This document shows positions 42,865 to 55,840 of a DNA stretch of 64,000 nt, piece after piece (position 1 is the stretch's first letter; each line of letters opens with the position of its first letter). Source of the stretch: Eledone cirrhosa (Eukaryota); NCBI GenBank assembly GCA_964016885.1, contig OZ024740.1:386694001-386758000 (forward strand), written 5' to 3'. The notes under the pieces were generated by a model, which was not told the origin of the DNA, did not search any database, and saw only the letters and a program-made list of their open reading frames with translations. The translations under genes were made by a program, and so were the position numbers.

Positions 42865-42965
42865 ACTGGCAATAATCTGCAGTGGTATAAAATGGTAAAG
42901 TATAAGAATTCCAATCGCTACGAAAGCCCAGCTGAGGTCATTCATCTCTTCACATGTGTAGATAC
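42865..42965 (-). CDS. TMEM164: TMEM164 coding exon
   Basis: ag/gtaag boundaries, 101 nt, phase 1 to 0; GIYTCEEMNDLSWAFVAIGILILYHFIPLQIIAS. Confidence 0.92.
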
Positions 42966-44079
42966 CTGTATAAATAGACATATTAAAAAAACGTAAATTT
43001 GAAAATATATGAATATATGTTTTATCAACATAGTGTAACTAGAAAAAAAAGCTTTTGAAATTATAAATATTTAAACACTTTTCTGTTGAAACCTTTTTCA
43101 AAAATACACTGAATCCCTTTATCTTCGTAAAAAAATAATCATTCTACTGTATCAGAGTATCTATCATTTTAATCCCTCTACTGTATCAAGGTATCTATCA
43201 TTTTAATCACTGTACTTTAATACATCAAATTAGAAACAGAAATTTGACTCTAATTAAAAAGAAAATTTGAACATGCCATATAATAAGGTAAAACAACAAA
43301 AAACATAAATGCAACTTTTTAAATAACATGTTATAAAGTTTCAAAATATTGAAACAGCAGCACATTTTCAGTGAAATATTTTTATAATTCTTGAGCTGCA
43401 CTTGTTTGGCAAGTGATTTCATCTGAGAGGAATTTGAACAGTATATTCAGTACACTCTGCAAGGTGGTTGGCATTAGATGGGGCAGCCACAGAAACCATT
43501 TCAAAATATGATATTTATAAGGGCAAAATGGCCTGTAATGAAACATGCCAGGCTAACCTCTGAAGGAGCCACATGAGGTACAGAGGCTGATGCAGAGAGG
43601 ATTGCTGGCTGTTCTCTGCAGCAATGTATTCATTTTATCTACTAGATGGTTCCGTTGTGAGACAGGTTCTGCACTACCAACTGGCCTATCCCCTCCTCAT
43701 AACGGAGCCACCCAGTGCCATAAATGTGGTTTGTATTAGGAAGGGCATCCGGCTGTAAAATATCCAGCCAAATTTACGGTCCTCACCAGAGCAGCGAGAT
43801 TTCTCTACAATTTATAAAGAACACAAGAATAAGGGTTAAGAAACAGCTCCATTATCAAAATAGCCCAGTGAAGAGATTCTTACATTGTTTATACACGATT
43901 CTCAGTAGTGAGACGGTTTTCTAAAAGATTTATTGTTTGCATTTCTGATAAGTACCCAGCATAAACCGACATTTCTAAAAGTTAGTCGACTTTATATTTT
44001 TCTTCAGTCAAAATTCTGTGCATATTATTATTCAGTTGAGTGAATTAATTTTCATTTATTGCTTCAATTTCACTGCTTA

Positions 44080-44505
44080 TATATATATAAAATGAAGAAT
44101 TAGAAATAGAAGTTAGGAATATCCATCATCAGTTGTCTACTAGGCATCATAGGTATTTCTTCGCATTACAGACAATATACCTCCGCCTAGGGCGATACAA
44201 TAACTAAAATAAGTTATTGGGATAAAAAGAAGTGGGTGGAGAAAGAGAAAGACATGTAAACAGACACGAATGGTGAGACAACGTAAAGAGAGGAGAAAAT
44301 GAAAAAAATCAAGTCAATAATTCATTTCGAACATAAGAACGGGCGAATTTTGACGAGGAGAACAAAGACACATCTTAACCGTACGGTTAACTTATTTTAG
44401 TTATTGTATTGCCTTAGCGGAGGTATATTGTCTGTAATGCGAAGAAATACCTATGCTAGTAGACAACTGATGATGGATATTCCTAACTTCTATTTCTAAT
44501 TCTTC

Positions 44506-44515
<10 letters not shown>
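44080..44515. repeat. Inverted-repeat element in (TA)n, probably PLE-derived
   Basis: 44085-44217 is inverted at 44388-44512. Confidence 0.7.
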
Positions 44516-44547
<32 letters not shown>

Positions 44548-44548
<1 letters not shown>

Positions 44549-44810
44549 TATAAATATTTCGTATCTCCAAAGAAATACGGTTTTAGGAAGCCGTAGCTAT
44601 GCAAACACCGGGGGGGGGGGGGGGCTAACGCCCTCTGGTGATGTCCAGCAGAAGCAAGGGGGACAACCATCTATGCATTTCAGGCTTAACTGGCCATCGT
44701 CCCCCTTGCTTCTGCTGGACATCACCAGAGGGCGTTAGCCCCACCCCCGTATTTGCATAGCTACGGCTTCCTAAAACCGTATTTCTTTGGAGATACGAAA
44801 TATTTATACA
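44548..44810. repeat. Inverted-repeat (fold-back) element in (TA)n
   Basis: 44548-44665 is inverted at 44699-44810. Confidence 0.75.
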
Positions 44811-44847
44811 AATTGTATAAAGCTATGCTTGAAGCGAAATCCTATTT

Positions 44848-44880
<33 letters not shown>

Positions 44881-44888
<8 letters not shown>

Positions 44889-45266
44889 CAAGGGCACCCA
44901 AGACAACATTGGTACGCTTTCATCAGATAAAATAAAGTTTGTTTTTTAAATAGAGACGTACCCATGAAAATCATACCTTATCGGTTGGAATTCACTATCC
45001 AGTGAATTTCCAACCGATAAGGTATGATTTTCATGGGTACGTCTCTATTTATAAAACAAACTTTGTATTTTATCTGATGAAAGCGTACCAATGTTGTCTT
45101 GGGTGCCCTTGAAATATATATAATAAAATAAATATGGTTTTATAAATATAGTTTCCATTTATTTAATATCATTGAATATTTTACTCCAGTAACTTGTTGA
45201 GTGCTCTAAATCAGTTATAAACATTTGTTTGTCGGACTTCCAACAAATTAAATACAACTTCTACTC

Positions 45267-45270
<4 letters not shown>
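44881..45270 (+). mobile_element. Fold-back pLTR pair of family A with HHR at 45066-45130 (+) and a truncated mirror at 44881-44934 (-)
   Basis: Palindrome centred at ~45000; tattttat-CTGATGA-aag..ctt-GAAA-tatata-TA-ataaaata. Confidence 0.8.
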
Positions 45271-45300
<30 letters not shown>

Positions 45301-45603
45301 AAGTTTAAAAATAGTAGATTTGCACTTCTGTTGTCTGTATCTGTTTATTTATTTACATGTAGATGTGTGTATGTAACTAAAGTGTAACGTACGTTACGAA
45401 TGGACGACTAAATGATTTTAACTTATAATAATAATAATAATAATAATAATGAAATTATTGTGTACAGTGTTCAGGTGCACTACAACTCATCAAAAGTGCA
45501 TGTATAGTACATACTTGTTTTTTTAACAATTGATGATGAAAAGATTTCAAATTGTCATAACTCAGGCCGTAAAAGGCCGCAACTCATGGTGTCTGAGACT
45601 CTT

Positions 45604-45690
45604 ACCGACTACATAGCCTAGAAGTCTATTTTACCGGGACCGACTACATAGCCTGGAAGTCTATTTTACCGGGACCGGCTACATAGCCTT
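45604..45690 (+). repeat. 35-bp tandem repeat, 2.5 copies
   Basis: accgactacatagcctagaagtctattttaccggg. Confidence 0.8.
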
Positions 45691-46354
45691 TTCCTATTAA
45701 GTTTTTAATGTATAATTAAACAAAAATAATGCAACGTTTTTACATTATTCAGAGAAGTGATGGAAATGTGTTTTAGGAACTAGGGGTACTCTTAAGATCC
45801 ACGAGGATAGGATTAGTAAATAAGCGGTTCACACCATCTCTGAGAAACTGAAAAGTGCAGGGCAAGCCGACCCTTTTCGTAGCCTCCCCCCACCCCACAC
45901 ACATTTCTATCACACATCCAGAGGCTTTTAGTTTTGCACATGCTTTCACTTTTCCCAACACTATTATATATGTATACAATATAAAATACATAGTAAAAAA
46001 AGAATCATAAAAAACAAGCGAAATGCAAAGAAATAGTTTTCACATAAATCCTACCTTTGAACACAAATTTATCATTCTTAGACGGTACATTGTATCACAG
46101 GCAGACCTTCAGGCCAATAACTTCATTGATAGAAATATAAACGAAATCTTTTTTTAACAGAGCAGCTTTTCTGTTGAAATACCAATATTTCTTGGCCAGA
46201 CAAAACTTTTTTCTCTTTCTCTCAAAAATGTAATTCTTCGACAAAATATTCTCTTCTTTTTCTGTATCATTTTATTAACTTGTGTGTGAGTGTGTGTGAA
46301 GTTGAGTTTTTAAGAAAATATGCCAAATGTTGAAAAAGACTGTCAAAAGATGAG

Positions 46355-46537
46355 TCAACACCAGTGCCAAGCAAGAAAACTGTCGTTGCCAGTTATGAGA
46401 GTAACTATCATCATAGCCAATGCTCCGAGAAGCAGAATAAACATAAAAGCCGCAATAAACATTGATGTCATAACGAGAGTGGCAGCAAGCAAGCTAACCG
46501 CTAGTGTAGCTAACAGGACTTGGATAGTGTCAACCAT
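46355..46537 (-). CDS. Candidate 60-aa hydrophobic two-TM microprotein nested in a TMEM164 intron
   Basis: Long hydrophobic ORF; strong poly-T acceptor (tttcag) 9 nt upstream of the ATG; unique non-repeat context. Confidence 0.45.
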   Translation of the reverse strand: MVDTIQVLLATLAVSLLAATLVMTSMFIAAFMFILLLGALAMMIVTLITGNDSFLAWHWC

Positions 46538-47248
46538 AACCAGATTCTGAAATTTAAAAAAAGAAAAAAAAAAAAAAAAAAAAAAAAAAAATCGCGATAC
46601 AACAGAAAGTAGATAATTAGTGTCTTAGCATATTTTTCATATTAAACTTTTTTTGCCGATGTAACTAAGCTTTCGTCATAGTCATTTTTCCTTTTCTTCG
46701 GTGAAATGATATCTAAATCTAAATAAATAAACAGAGAGAGAGAGTTTGTGTGTTAAGTTTATAAATTTAGTGAATTTATTTTCACCTAGATATAGATGCT
46801 AGCTAACCGAAATACTAGATGAAAATGCTAACTAGTCGAAATAAGCGATGGAATGTTTTGTAATTAATAACAATATAGAGATAGAAGGAAAGCAGTAATT
46901 AGTGAGAAGAGAACGGGAGTGTGAAATGCAATTATTCTAGATTATTTATGATGCGACATCACCGGCTTTCAACTTTTTCCTTCACGACAACGCAAAAACT
47001 TTAGTCGAAGAATTCTATAACTACCGATATAGTAAAGGAGAAATAGGAAGCACAACACCTGTAAGAAATACGAGAGAGGCTAGATTCCACCGCGCCGACT
47101 GTGTAGTCAGAGCAGAGTTACATTGATAATCAACAAATGAAGACGAGTTAGAAATTAACAGGTTGGTTGCTATATAGTCCTTAAAATAAAACACATCATT
47201 CACACTTGACTCTGATGGATGAAATAGTATAATGCAAATAAAAGTACT

Positions 47249-47303
<55 letters not shown>

Positions 47304-50300
47304 ACAGAAAAGTAAATATGACACTAGGAATTACATTCGGATCGCAAGTGTATAATTTAAACAATTTTCAATCAAACTATCTTGTATTTATAGCCTGAGA
47401 GAGAAAGAGAGAGAAAGAAAAACAATCTAATTATCTAAGAGGTAAAATAAAAATAAAGAAAAAAGAACTGTAGAATGTATGCGAGTAAACAAAAGATAAA
47501 AATATATTATAAGATTTCATGAACCTACAAATTTAGAACAGTGGTTTTTGAAACTAACTCCGTAACAAGTACGCTTCTCAGCTTCCGTATCTGTAGTTGT
47601 CAGTGCTACAATATCAAGTAGAGACAACTCTTGCATTCCCAGACTTTATGACTACTCTCATGGAATATTTTATTTCCATGCAATGCATTGCGCTGTGTAT
47701 TTCTACTAGATATTACATTCTACTCGTTATTTCAGCAATTTTTAAGATCTTAGTAACATTTCAAATTATAAATTTTTTATACAAAATTTAAATAACTTTA
47801 GTTGTTTATAAATTGTATCTATAAATTTGTTCAGCATCATCTTCATCATTGTTGTTTAACATCCATTTTTTTAATATGCCGGCATGGGTTGGATGGGATA
47901 TCATGGACCCAGTCAGTATTTAATGCGAGTTACTGTCCACTCACCAATAAATCAGGCTACCACATCTTGTTTACTAACATGCTGGTTTTGACATCAATCA
48001 CTTTACAGTGTACTGAATGCCTTTTTTCGTAGTACCAGTAATAGGGAGATTGTTATATGTTTGACACAGCTGCTGAGTCCTCTATGCTCTTTTAACATGA
48101 AACACTTCACAAAATGTAATGGGTGCATTTTCGCATGGCAGCACTAAAGAGGTTATTGGTCACTGACGTGATTGATGAGCTCTTTTTACACCATGGGTGG
48201 GGTGTGCCTTGTCCCATGGCAGACATACTTAGGGGGTAAAAATGGAGGTGGGAGGGAGAAAGAATGAGTATATGTCAAGTGTGATGGGATTTAATATGGT
48301 GATGTAAGGGGAAAAAGGATGGGAATGATATCAGATAGAGTAAAGGGGATACAGTGGTAATGAGAATAAGTACTAAAGAGTGATGGAGGGGTTGGCTGTA
48401 GACAGGCCAGAGGTCATACCTACTACGTAGTTTTGGCACAGTAACATAGGATAGAGTGGAGGGCCAGGTAATGATGAAATTAGTAACTAAACAGTGATAT
48501 TGGAGAGGGTCAGGTCACATCTGCACAGCAGACATTAGATGGGGATAAGGGATACAAGAGTGGCAGATGCTATTGCAGAAATTGAGGAAGGGGTGTTATT
48601 AAGAGCAGACTGAGCACTTTGGTTTTATTCCAGTAGTCCAATATAGCATGTTGCCAACCATCCTGGTTGTTTGTCATCTCCATTGAGAGGTTCAGATTCC
48701 TAAGGTCAGTTTTCACCAATGTCTTCCAAGGTCTACCTCTTCCACAGGTCCCATCCACTGAGATTTATCTGCATATCTTTATATAGCTGTCAACTTCCAT
48801 ATGCACCACATAACCATACCAAACAATCTCCTCTCTAGCATACTACATCAGATTTCAATCTTTTAATGAATTTTATTCACCCAAGGTCAGCTTTGCCATT
48901 CATCATTCTAGACTTGATAAAATAAGTACCAGCCAGTGAAATTCTTGAGCTGATTCAATTTATGATCTCGTGGCAAAGTCAAAAATCAGTTTAACCCTTT
49001 TGTTACCATATTTTTAATGAAAGACACTAACTATGATTTTCAAATCATTTTGAAAATACTCAAGAATTTGGAAGGAATTAATAGCTATTGCTGGTATTTG
49101 GAGCATAACAAAGTTTCTTACATAAAATTGTGATAGAAGATTTTTAGATAAATAGAAACACTTTAAAATAAACAGCTTTGTATGATAGAAATATGGCCAG
49201 TTGTAGGTGGCTTGTCATTGAAAGAGTTAACACTCCAATATGTGGCACCAGTTAAATAGTGAGGTGCTTGAGTGTCTTCCAGTGAAGCAGCTAAACATTA
49301 AGGTCTATACTGTCTTAAGGTTGAGATGTAATGTTTCATTGTAATGTAATGTTTTATTGCATGTTTCATGTAATAAAAATCTCACAATAGTTTCCAATTT
49401 AGGAACAAGGCCAGTGGTTTTAGGGGGAGAGGAAAGTTGATTATTTAACCCCAGTACTTGACTGGTACTTGATTTTATCGACTCTAGAAAGATGAAAAGC
49501 AAAGTTGACCTTGGCAGGATTTGAAGTCAGAATGTAAAAAGCTGAAAGAAATGCTGCAAAGCATTTCATCTTATGTTCTACTGTTGGTGCCAGAATAAAA
49601 TGAACCCAGTCCACTCTGTAAAGTGATAATGCTGATGCCATAATAAAGCATATCCAGTTCACCCTGTAAAGTGGTAGTGCAGGTATCACAATAAAACACA
49701 CCCAGTATACTCTATATGGTGTTTGATGTTAGAAAGAGCATCCAGCCGTAGCAACCATACCAAATATGGAACACATGAGATGAGGTCAATCTGACCTATT
49801 TGGTCTTGATCCATGGCAACCTGTCCAACTCATGCTAGCATAGAAAGCAAATATGAAAATAATGATAATGATGTACCATAAGTTTACACAAGCAATACAT
49901 CAAGATAGAGCTACTAAACAACAATAGTATTTTATTCAGTAGAAAGTGTTTTATTCCAATAGTTAATTACTGTATATACTCGAATATACAATATCAAAAT
50001 CTTGTAGATTCGATATTATGTGAGATAATTATGTGAAGTAAATGTAGAATAATGTAAATGCTAAAGGAGCAATAACACTTCCATCTGAAATGAATGAGCA
50101 AATACCTTGGATAATGCAGCCCTTGATATGCAATATCTGAAATAAAATGGTATCGTCATGGCTAGAATATCTTTGATAATAGGTCTGTTTAATCAGTACA
50201 GATTTCAAGATAAATATCAACAATAATAACTATTCATTAAAATCTGTATTATTACTGGTAGAATCCATCTAGAAACCCATGGGACCAATTTGAACTTAGC

Positions 50301-50469
50301 ACAAAATGCTAATCAAATACCAAATATTAAATACTCCTGTTACTTAAGCTAATTAACTGGACCTCACTAGGATATCTAATTGTTGATATATTAAAATATC
50401 TATTTTTATCATTATTACTAGCATTGTGAAGAATAGAATCATATCTTTCACTGATGCACATGCGTGCAT

Positions 50470-50503
<34 letters not shown>

Positions 50504-50543
50504 TATTATTATTATTATGTAATAAACAACATAAGGCAATTAT

Positions 50544-50601
50544 TCCATTTACCAGTGGTTTCTTAAAAGCAAAAGGTTTTGCTTTCAATCCTCAGAATGA
50601 A
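50544..50601 (-). ncRNA. Hammerhead ribozyme, family M
   Basis: Reverse complement of 53288-53345; a diverged copy at 51169-51224 has G at the cleavage position. Confidence 0.8.
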
Positions 50602-50878
50602 AAATCCTGGTTTGTTTATTGAATATGGATTCTAAAAACAAAAATGCAATCTATATGAAAGTGAGGCTGGAAAAGGGAGAAGGAAAGGAAAAATAAAATA
50701 AAACTACACATGCAAACACACAAAAAAACACAAAAGCATACTTACACACACATACATATATACATATATATAAATGTACGCATACACACATACATATACA
50801 CATATATATATATATATAAAGCGTACACCTACACACACATACACATATATACACACACATACACATACATACATTCAT

Positions 50879-50919
<41 letters not shown>

Positions 50920-51407
50920 TACACACACATATATTCTTTTTGTTTTGCCCTTCACATACCTATGTGTATGTGTATGTATTTTTGTGTGTATATATATATG
51001 TGTATATATGTATATGTGTATGTATGTGTTTGTGTATGTATATATATATATATATATTATATGTATATATATATAAATATATATATATGTGTGTGTGTGT
51101 ATGTGTGTATATAATTGTATATTTGTGTGTGTATATGTATGTATATGTGGATAAACCAGGCTTTTTTTAATTCTGAAGATTGAAGGAAACTTTTTTTGCT
51201 TTTGAGAAACCTCTGGTGAATGGATTAATTGCCTTGTATGGCTTTATTACTTTACTACTATATATACGTTTATGTAAGGTTCATTTGTCTTATCTAATAC
51301 TGAGCTTTACACATACACACATGTATATGTGTGTGTGTATGTGTATGCATGTGTATAATTGTTTAGCTATGTATGTATATGTGTGTTTATGTATTTTTAT
51401 ATTTTTG

Positions 51408-51462
<55 letters not shown>

Positions 51463-51850
51463 ATATAATTACATATACATGTGTGTGTTTATATTATATA
51501 CGTGTACGTGTTTGTGTATGTATGTGTATGTACGTGTTTATATATTTGTATATGTATATTTATGTGTGAGAGTGTGTGTATGTGTTTACTATTTCGTACG
51601 TATGTATATGTGCTTTTGTGTGTATTACTTACCACGCGTGTCTGACCTGTTAGCTGGGGCATGTATCGCTGTCAAAAATTTGTTAATATATATTTATATA
51701 TTTTTTTCTTATATTTATTTGCGTGTGTGAATATGTAGTGGAGTGCATTCATGTATGTGTATGTATGTACGTTGTATGTTTGTGTGAATGTATGTATGTG
51801 TATATATATGTGTGTGTGTATGTGTATGCTTGTACACACACGTGTGTGTG

Positions 51851-51887
<37 letters not shown>

Positions 51888-52905
51888 CATCATCATCATC
51901 ATCATCATCAACGTTTAACGTCCGTGTTCCACGCTTGCATGGGTTTGGACGGGGGTAGTCCCACTTGAGGCAAGAGTGATTGTCTTGCTCGCATAGGACT
52001 GTCTGGCAGGTTTTATACAGTTGGATGCCCTTCCTAACACCAACCACATTTACAGTGTGGGTCTGGGAGGTTTTTACCGTGTTGCCTACACGGCCACATT
52101 ACAGCGTGGACTGTGTGTTTTTTTGTCGTGACACCTACACGATCTCATTTGTTTCGGCCTCGATGGCGCGGCACCAACATAACTTTACATAGAACGGGGT
52201 GGTGTGGATGGGGTGGGGGTGGTGGTGGTGGGACGGGGTGTATTTTGTTAGAGATGCCTACTGGCTGGAGTAGGTTTTACTATATATTTAGGTAAGGCGG
52301 GTCTTCTCTGTTACTGAGTACCGCCAAAGGTCTCGGTCCAGTGACATTGTCTTGGAGAGGTGTAAGTGTGTGATGTCGGAGTTTATCAGCTCGTCCCAGG
52401 TTTTTCTAGGTCTGCCTATTCCGTGACTACCGTCTATCTTTATTGCCCTGCACTTTGTTATACAGCTATCGACTTTCATGCGCATCACGTGTCCATACCA
52501 ACGTAGCCTTCTCTCGAGTAAACAACATCTGATCCCTCTTATCTCTAATTTTTTCCTTAGTTCGTTTATGCTTTGCCGTTCACGTATATTACTGTTACAC
52601 ATCCAGCGGAGCATGCAAGCTTCGTTCCTCTCTAGTCTGCGTATATCCTCTGCACACAATGCCCAGGTCTCACTGCCATGCAGCATTGCTGTTCGTATGC
52701 AGGCATCGTACAACCTGCCTTTCATTTTTAGGGAGAACCCTTTAGCAGCTAATAGTGGTATAAGCTCTCTGAACTTTTTCCAACCAGTTCTGACTCTAGC
52801 TACAGTACTTTCAGAGCACCCTCCCCCACTGCTGATTTTATCGCCCAGGTAACGGAAGCTGTCCACTATTTCTATAGAACCCTCTGCGCAATTGAAAGAG
52901 CTAGT
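51888..52905 (-). mobile_element. 5'-truncated RTE LINE (RT C-terminus, 3' UTR, (GAT)n tail)
   Basis: FRYLG..GG..ARVRTGWKKFREL..LHGSETW..MLRWMC..RLRWYGHV..GRPRKTW; near-identical to 63040-64000. Confidence 0.92.
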
Positions 52906-52965
52906 ATTTTATATATATATATATGTACATGTATATATATGTGTGTGTGTATGTGTGTGTGTGTA

Positions 52966-53018
<53 letters not shown>

Positions 53019-53287
53019 ATGAATGTATGTATGTGTATATGTGTGTATATATGTGTATGTGTGTGTAGGTGTACGCTTTATATATATATATATATGTGTA
53101 TATGTATGTGTGTATGCGTACATTTATATATATGTATATATGTATGTGTGTGTAAGTATGCTTTTGTGTGTGTTTGCATGTGTAGTTTTATTTTATTTTT
53201 CCTTTCCTTCTCCCTTTTCCAGCCTCACTTTCATATAGATTGCATTTTTGTTTTTAGAATCCATATTCAATAAACAAACCAGGATTT

Positions 53288-53345
53288 TTCATTCTGAGGA
53301 TTGAAAGCAAAACCTTTTGCTTTTAAGAAACCACTGGTAAATGGA
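53288..53345 (+). ncRNA. Hammerhead ribozyme, family M
   Basis: ttcatt-CTGAGGA-ttgaaagcaaaa(cc)ttttgcttttaa-GAAA-ccactgg-TA-aatgga. Confidence 0.85.
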
Positions 53346-53448
53346 ATAATTGCCTTATGTTGTTTATTACATAATAATAATAATTAAGCTCTGTTGCATA
53401 CATAGAGCACTCTTTTTTCCTGGACTTTTCCGATGGAATTACTTCATT

Positions 53449-53491
<43 letters not shown>

Positions 53492-53854
53492 ATTAGATAA
53501 ATTCTTCAACTTATCTTTACTATTATTTATTATTATTGTTTATCCATCTTACGGTATTCATCCACGCTATATTTATTTCTTTGCCTCTTCTCACAAAATT
53601 ACGCTATTCTCTCTCACTAAAATATACTCAGGTTTTTCTCTTTCTTTTTTTCCGTTTTTTTTTCTCTTTCTTTTCTCTTTTTTCCCTATTCCAACGGCTT
53701 AATTTAAATATACTGTTTTTAAACCTTTCCAATACTAATTTGCATAATAAACCAACAATAAATCTAATAACTCCACTATCCAGGAGATTCCAACCAGAAT
53801 GGTTGCATTTTTTAAGGGTATGTCAATATTTATTTATAAAACTAACCTATATTA

Positions 53855-53920
53855 TATTTTATCTGATGAAAGCGCACCATAGTTTGCTCTGGTGGCCCTT
53901 GAAATATGTATAATGAAATA
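53855..53920 (+). ncRNA. Type I hammerhead ribozyme, family A
   Basis: tattttat-CTGATGA-aagcgcacca..tggtggccctt-GAAA-tatgta-TA-atgaaata; flanks homologous to 2710-2870. Confidence 0.75.
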
Positions 53921-53962
53921 AATATGGTTTTATAAATATAGTTTCCATTTGTTAATATATTG

Positions 53963-53995
<33 letters not shown>

Positions 53996-54420
53996 TTACC
54001 CGGGAGGCTTAACAAGGAGATCCCTCTGTAATTGGAACAATCTCTCTTGTCTCCCTTTTTGAAAATTGGGATTATCGTGGCCGATTGCCATTGCTTAGGT
54101 GACTTTCCAGACAACCTGGCACACACAAGTCAGTCAGAGAATACCCCTTCTCTATTTAAGTTTTTTAACATCTCAGGCCTGATTTCATATATATATATGT
54201 CTAATGGTAGCTAAGATGCTTCCATAGGCACTATGCCAGTTGAGCACTCTATGCTCCTATGGAGCAGAGTATGATAGAATGGAAAACGAAAAATCAGTGA
54301 TGCATCGGGTCCTGAATTTCTCCATGGCGATTCGCTGTAAGCGCTCTACTTGTAGTGGAGCGTAATATATGTCTAATGGTAGAGAGCACCCGATGCATCA
54401 CTGATTTTTCGTTTTCCATT

Positions 54421-54467
<47 letters not shown>

Positions 54468-55761
54468 GAACTAAGGGGAAATAACTCAAATGAGTGTTCT
54501 CGGTGTATTTTGACATGGCACCAGCACCAGAAATGTTGTCAGGTCCTAGAGATGAAAGTTTGACCACTCATCCACCCAATAAAATCAACGCAATATACAT
54601 TTTAAAAAGATTGCCACCCAAGGTAGGCCACCCCACATTCACAGCCCTAATTATGCAGTCTATACGGTATTCTAATGGCAGCCAGTACACCATCTTAATC
54701 ATCATCATCATCTTTTTTATGCCTGCTTTTCCATGCCTGTCTGGGTTAGACTTCTCTTTTCCAGCACAGTCCCCCTCTATTCATTGCATTCCTGTGTCAT
54801 TCCCTTTGTGAAGTTCAGCATTTTGAAATCTGCTTTCACCACTTCTGCCCTGCTAATAATAGAGCCAGACCTCCCATAAATCATGTCATTTAAAAAGAAA
54901 CTATAGACACATTGGGTGGTGTAATCTTAGATATACTCTGTTTTGGGGGGAAGTGAGCAGGATGATCATGGTTGGACGGTGTTTGAGCTTTACTCTACTT
55001 TGTCAAGACTAGGGAGGATGAACCTCTGCCAATTTTGATGATGAATGTCCCTGTTGTTCGATCAATGAAATAGCCTGCACATGAAATTAATATATAAGTG
55101 CTTGAGCATTCCACAAACACATGTACCCTTAATGAAATTCTCAAGGAGATTCAGCATGACACTGTGTAACAGGACTGGCCCTTTGAATTACAAGTACAGT
55201 CTATCTGACAGGCTTCGAAACAGTATCCATCTGCCCAATGTCATACACGCCATTAGTCAACCTAAGGCTATGGTAAATGACACACAGGAATTAATGATTG
55301 CAATGTGAACTTCTTAACCATTTTGCCATTCTGCATTGAAAGGACTGACCTGAGGTTAAACAACAGCAACAACCTCACTAAACACAAATCAGCCGTGGAG
55401 CTTCTGCATGGTCAAGTAATTTTCTGAAAATGACAGCCAGGTCTCCTTCATGTTACCTCCTGTTGCTGTGGGGGTAAAACAAAACATTTTGGATAATGTG
55501 GTTTGGGATACATAATGCCTGAAAAAAGATGGGATGTTGATTAAGGTGTGTTGTAGGTAGTAGACTTCTTTTTCAAACAACAACTATAAAAAAAGAAATA
55601 CAATATGTAATGATTTAGCAGGAAATATCTTAAAATTTAAATGTTTATCATCGCTGAAATCTGTAAGATCATAGTTCTGTTTGTTCAGAGCTGACCTGGA
55701 ACTAAACAACAACTACAACAAAAACCAGTCATGAAACAAACATACTGTAGAAGTAACTTAC

Positions 55762-55840
55762 CTCCCAATCTCAAAAGATATATTGGAACTATCAACATTA
55801 AGGTGTGTTGTAGGTAGTAGACTTCTTTTTCAAACAACAA
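55762..55840 (-). CDS. TMEM164: TMEM164 coding exon
   Basis: ag/gtaagt boundaries, 79 nt; LLFEKEVYYLQHTLMLIVPIYLLRLG vs human [26 protein letters not shown]. Confidence 0.92.

Noticed and set aside
45604-45690. Possible CRISPR-like repeat
   Set aside because: Head-to-tail 35-bp minisatellite without unique spacers, in eukaryotic DNA
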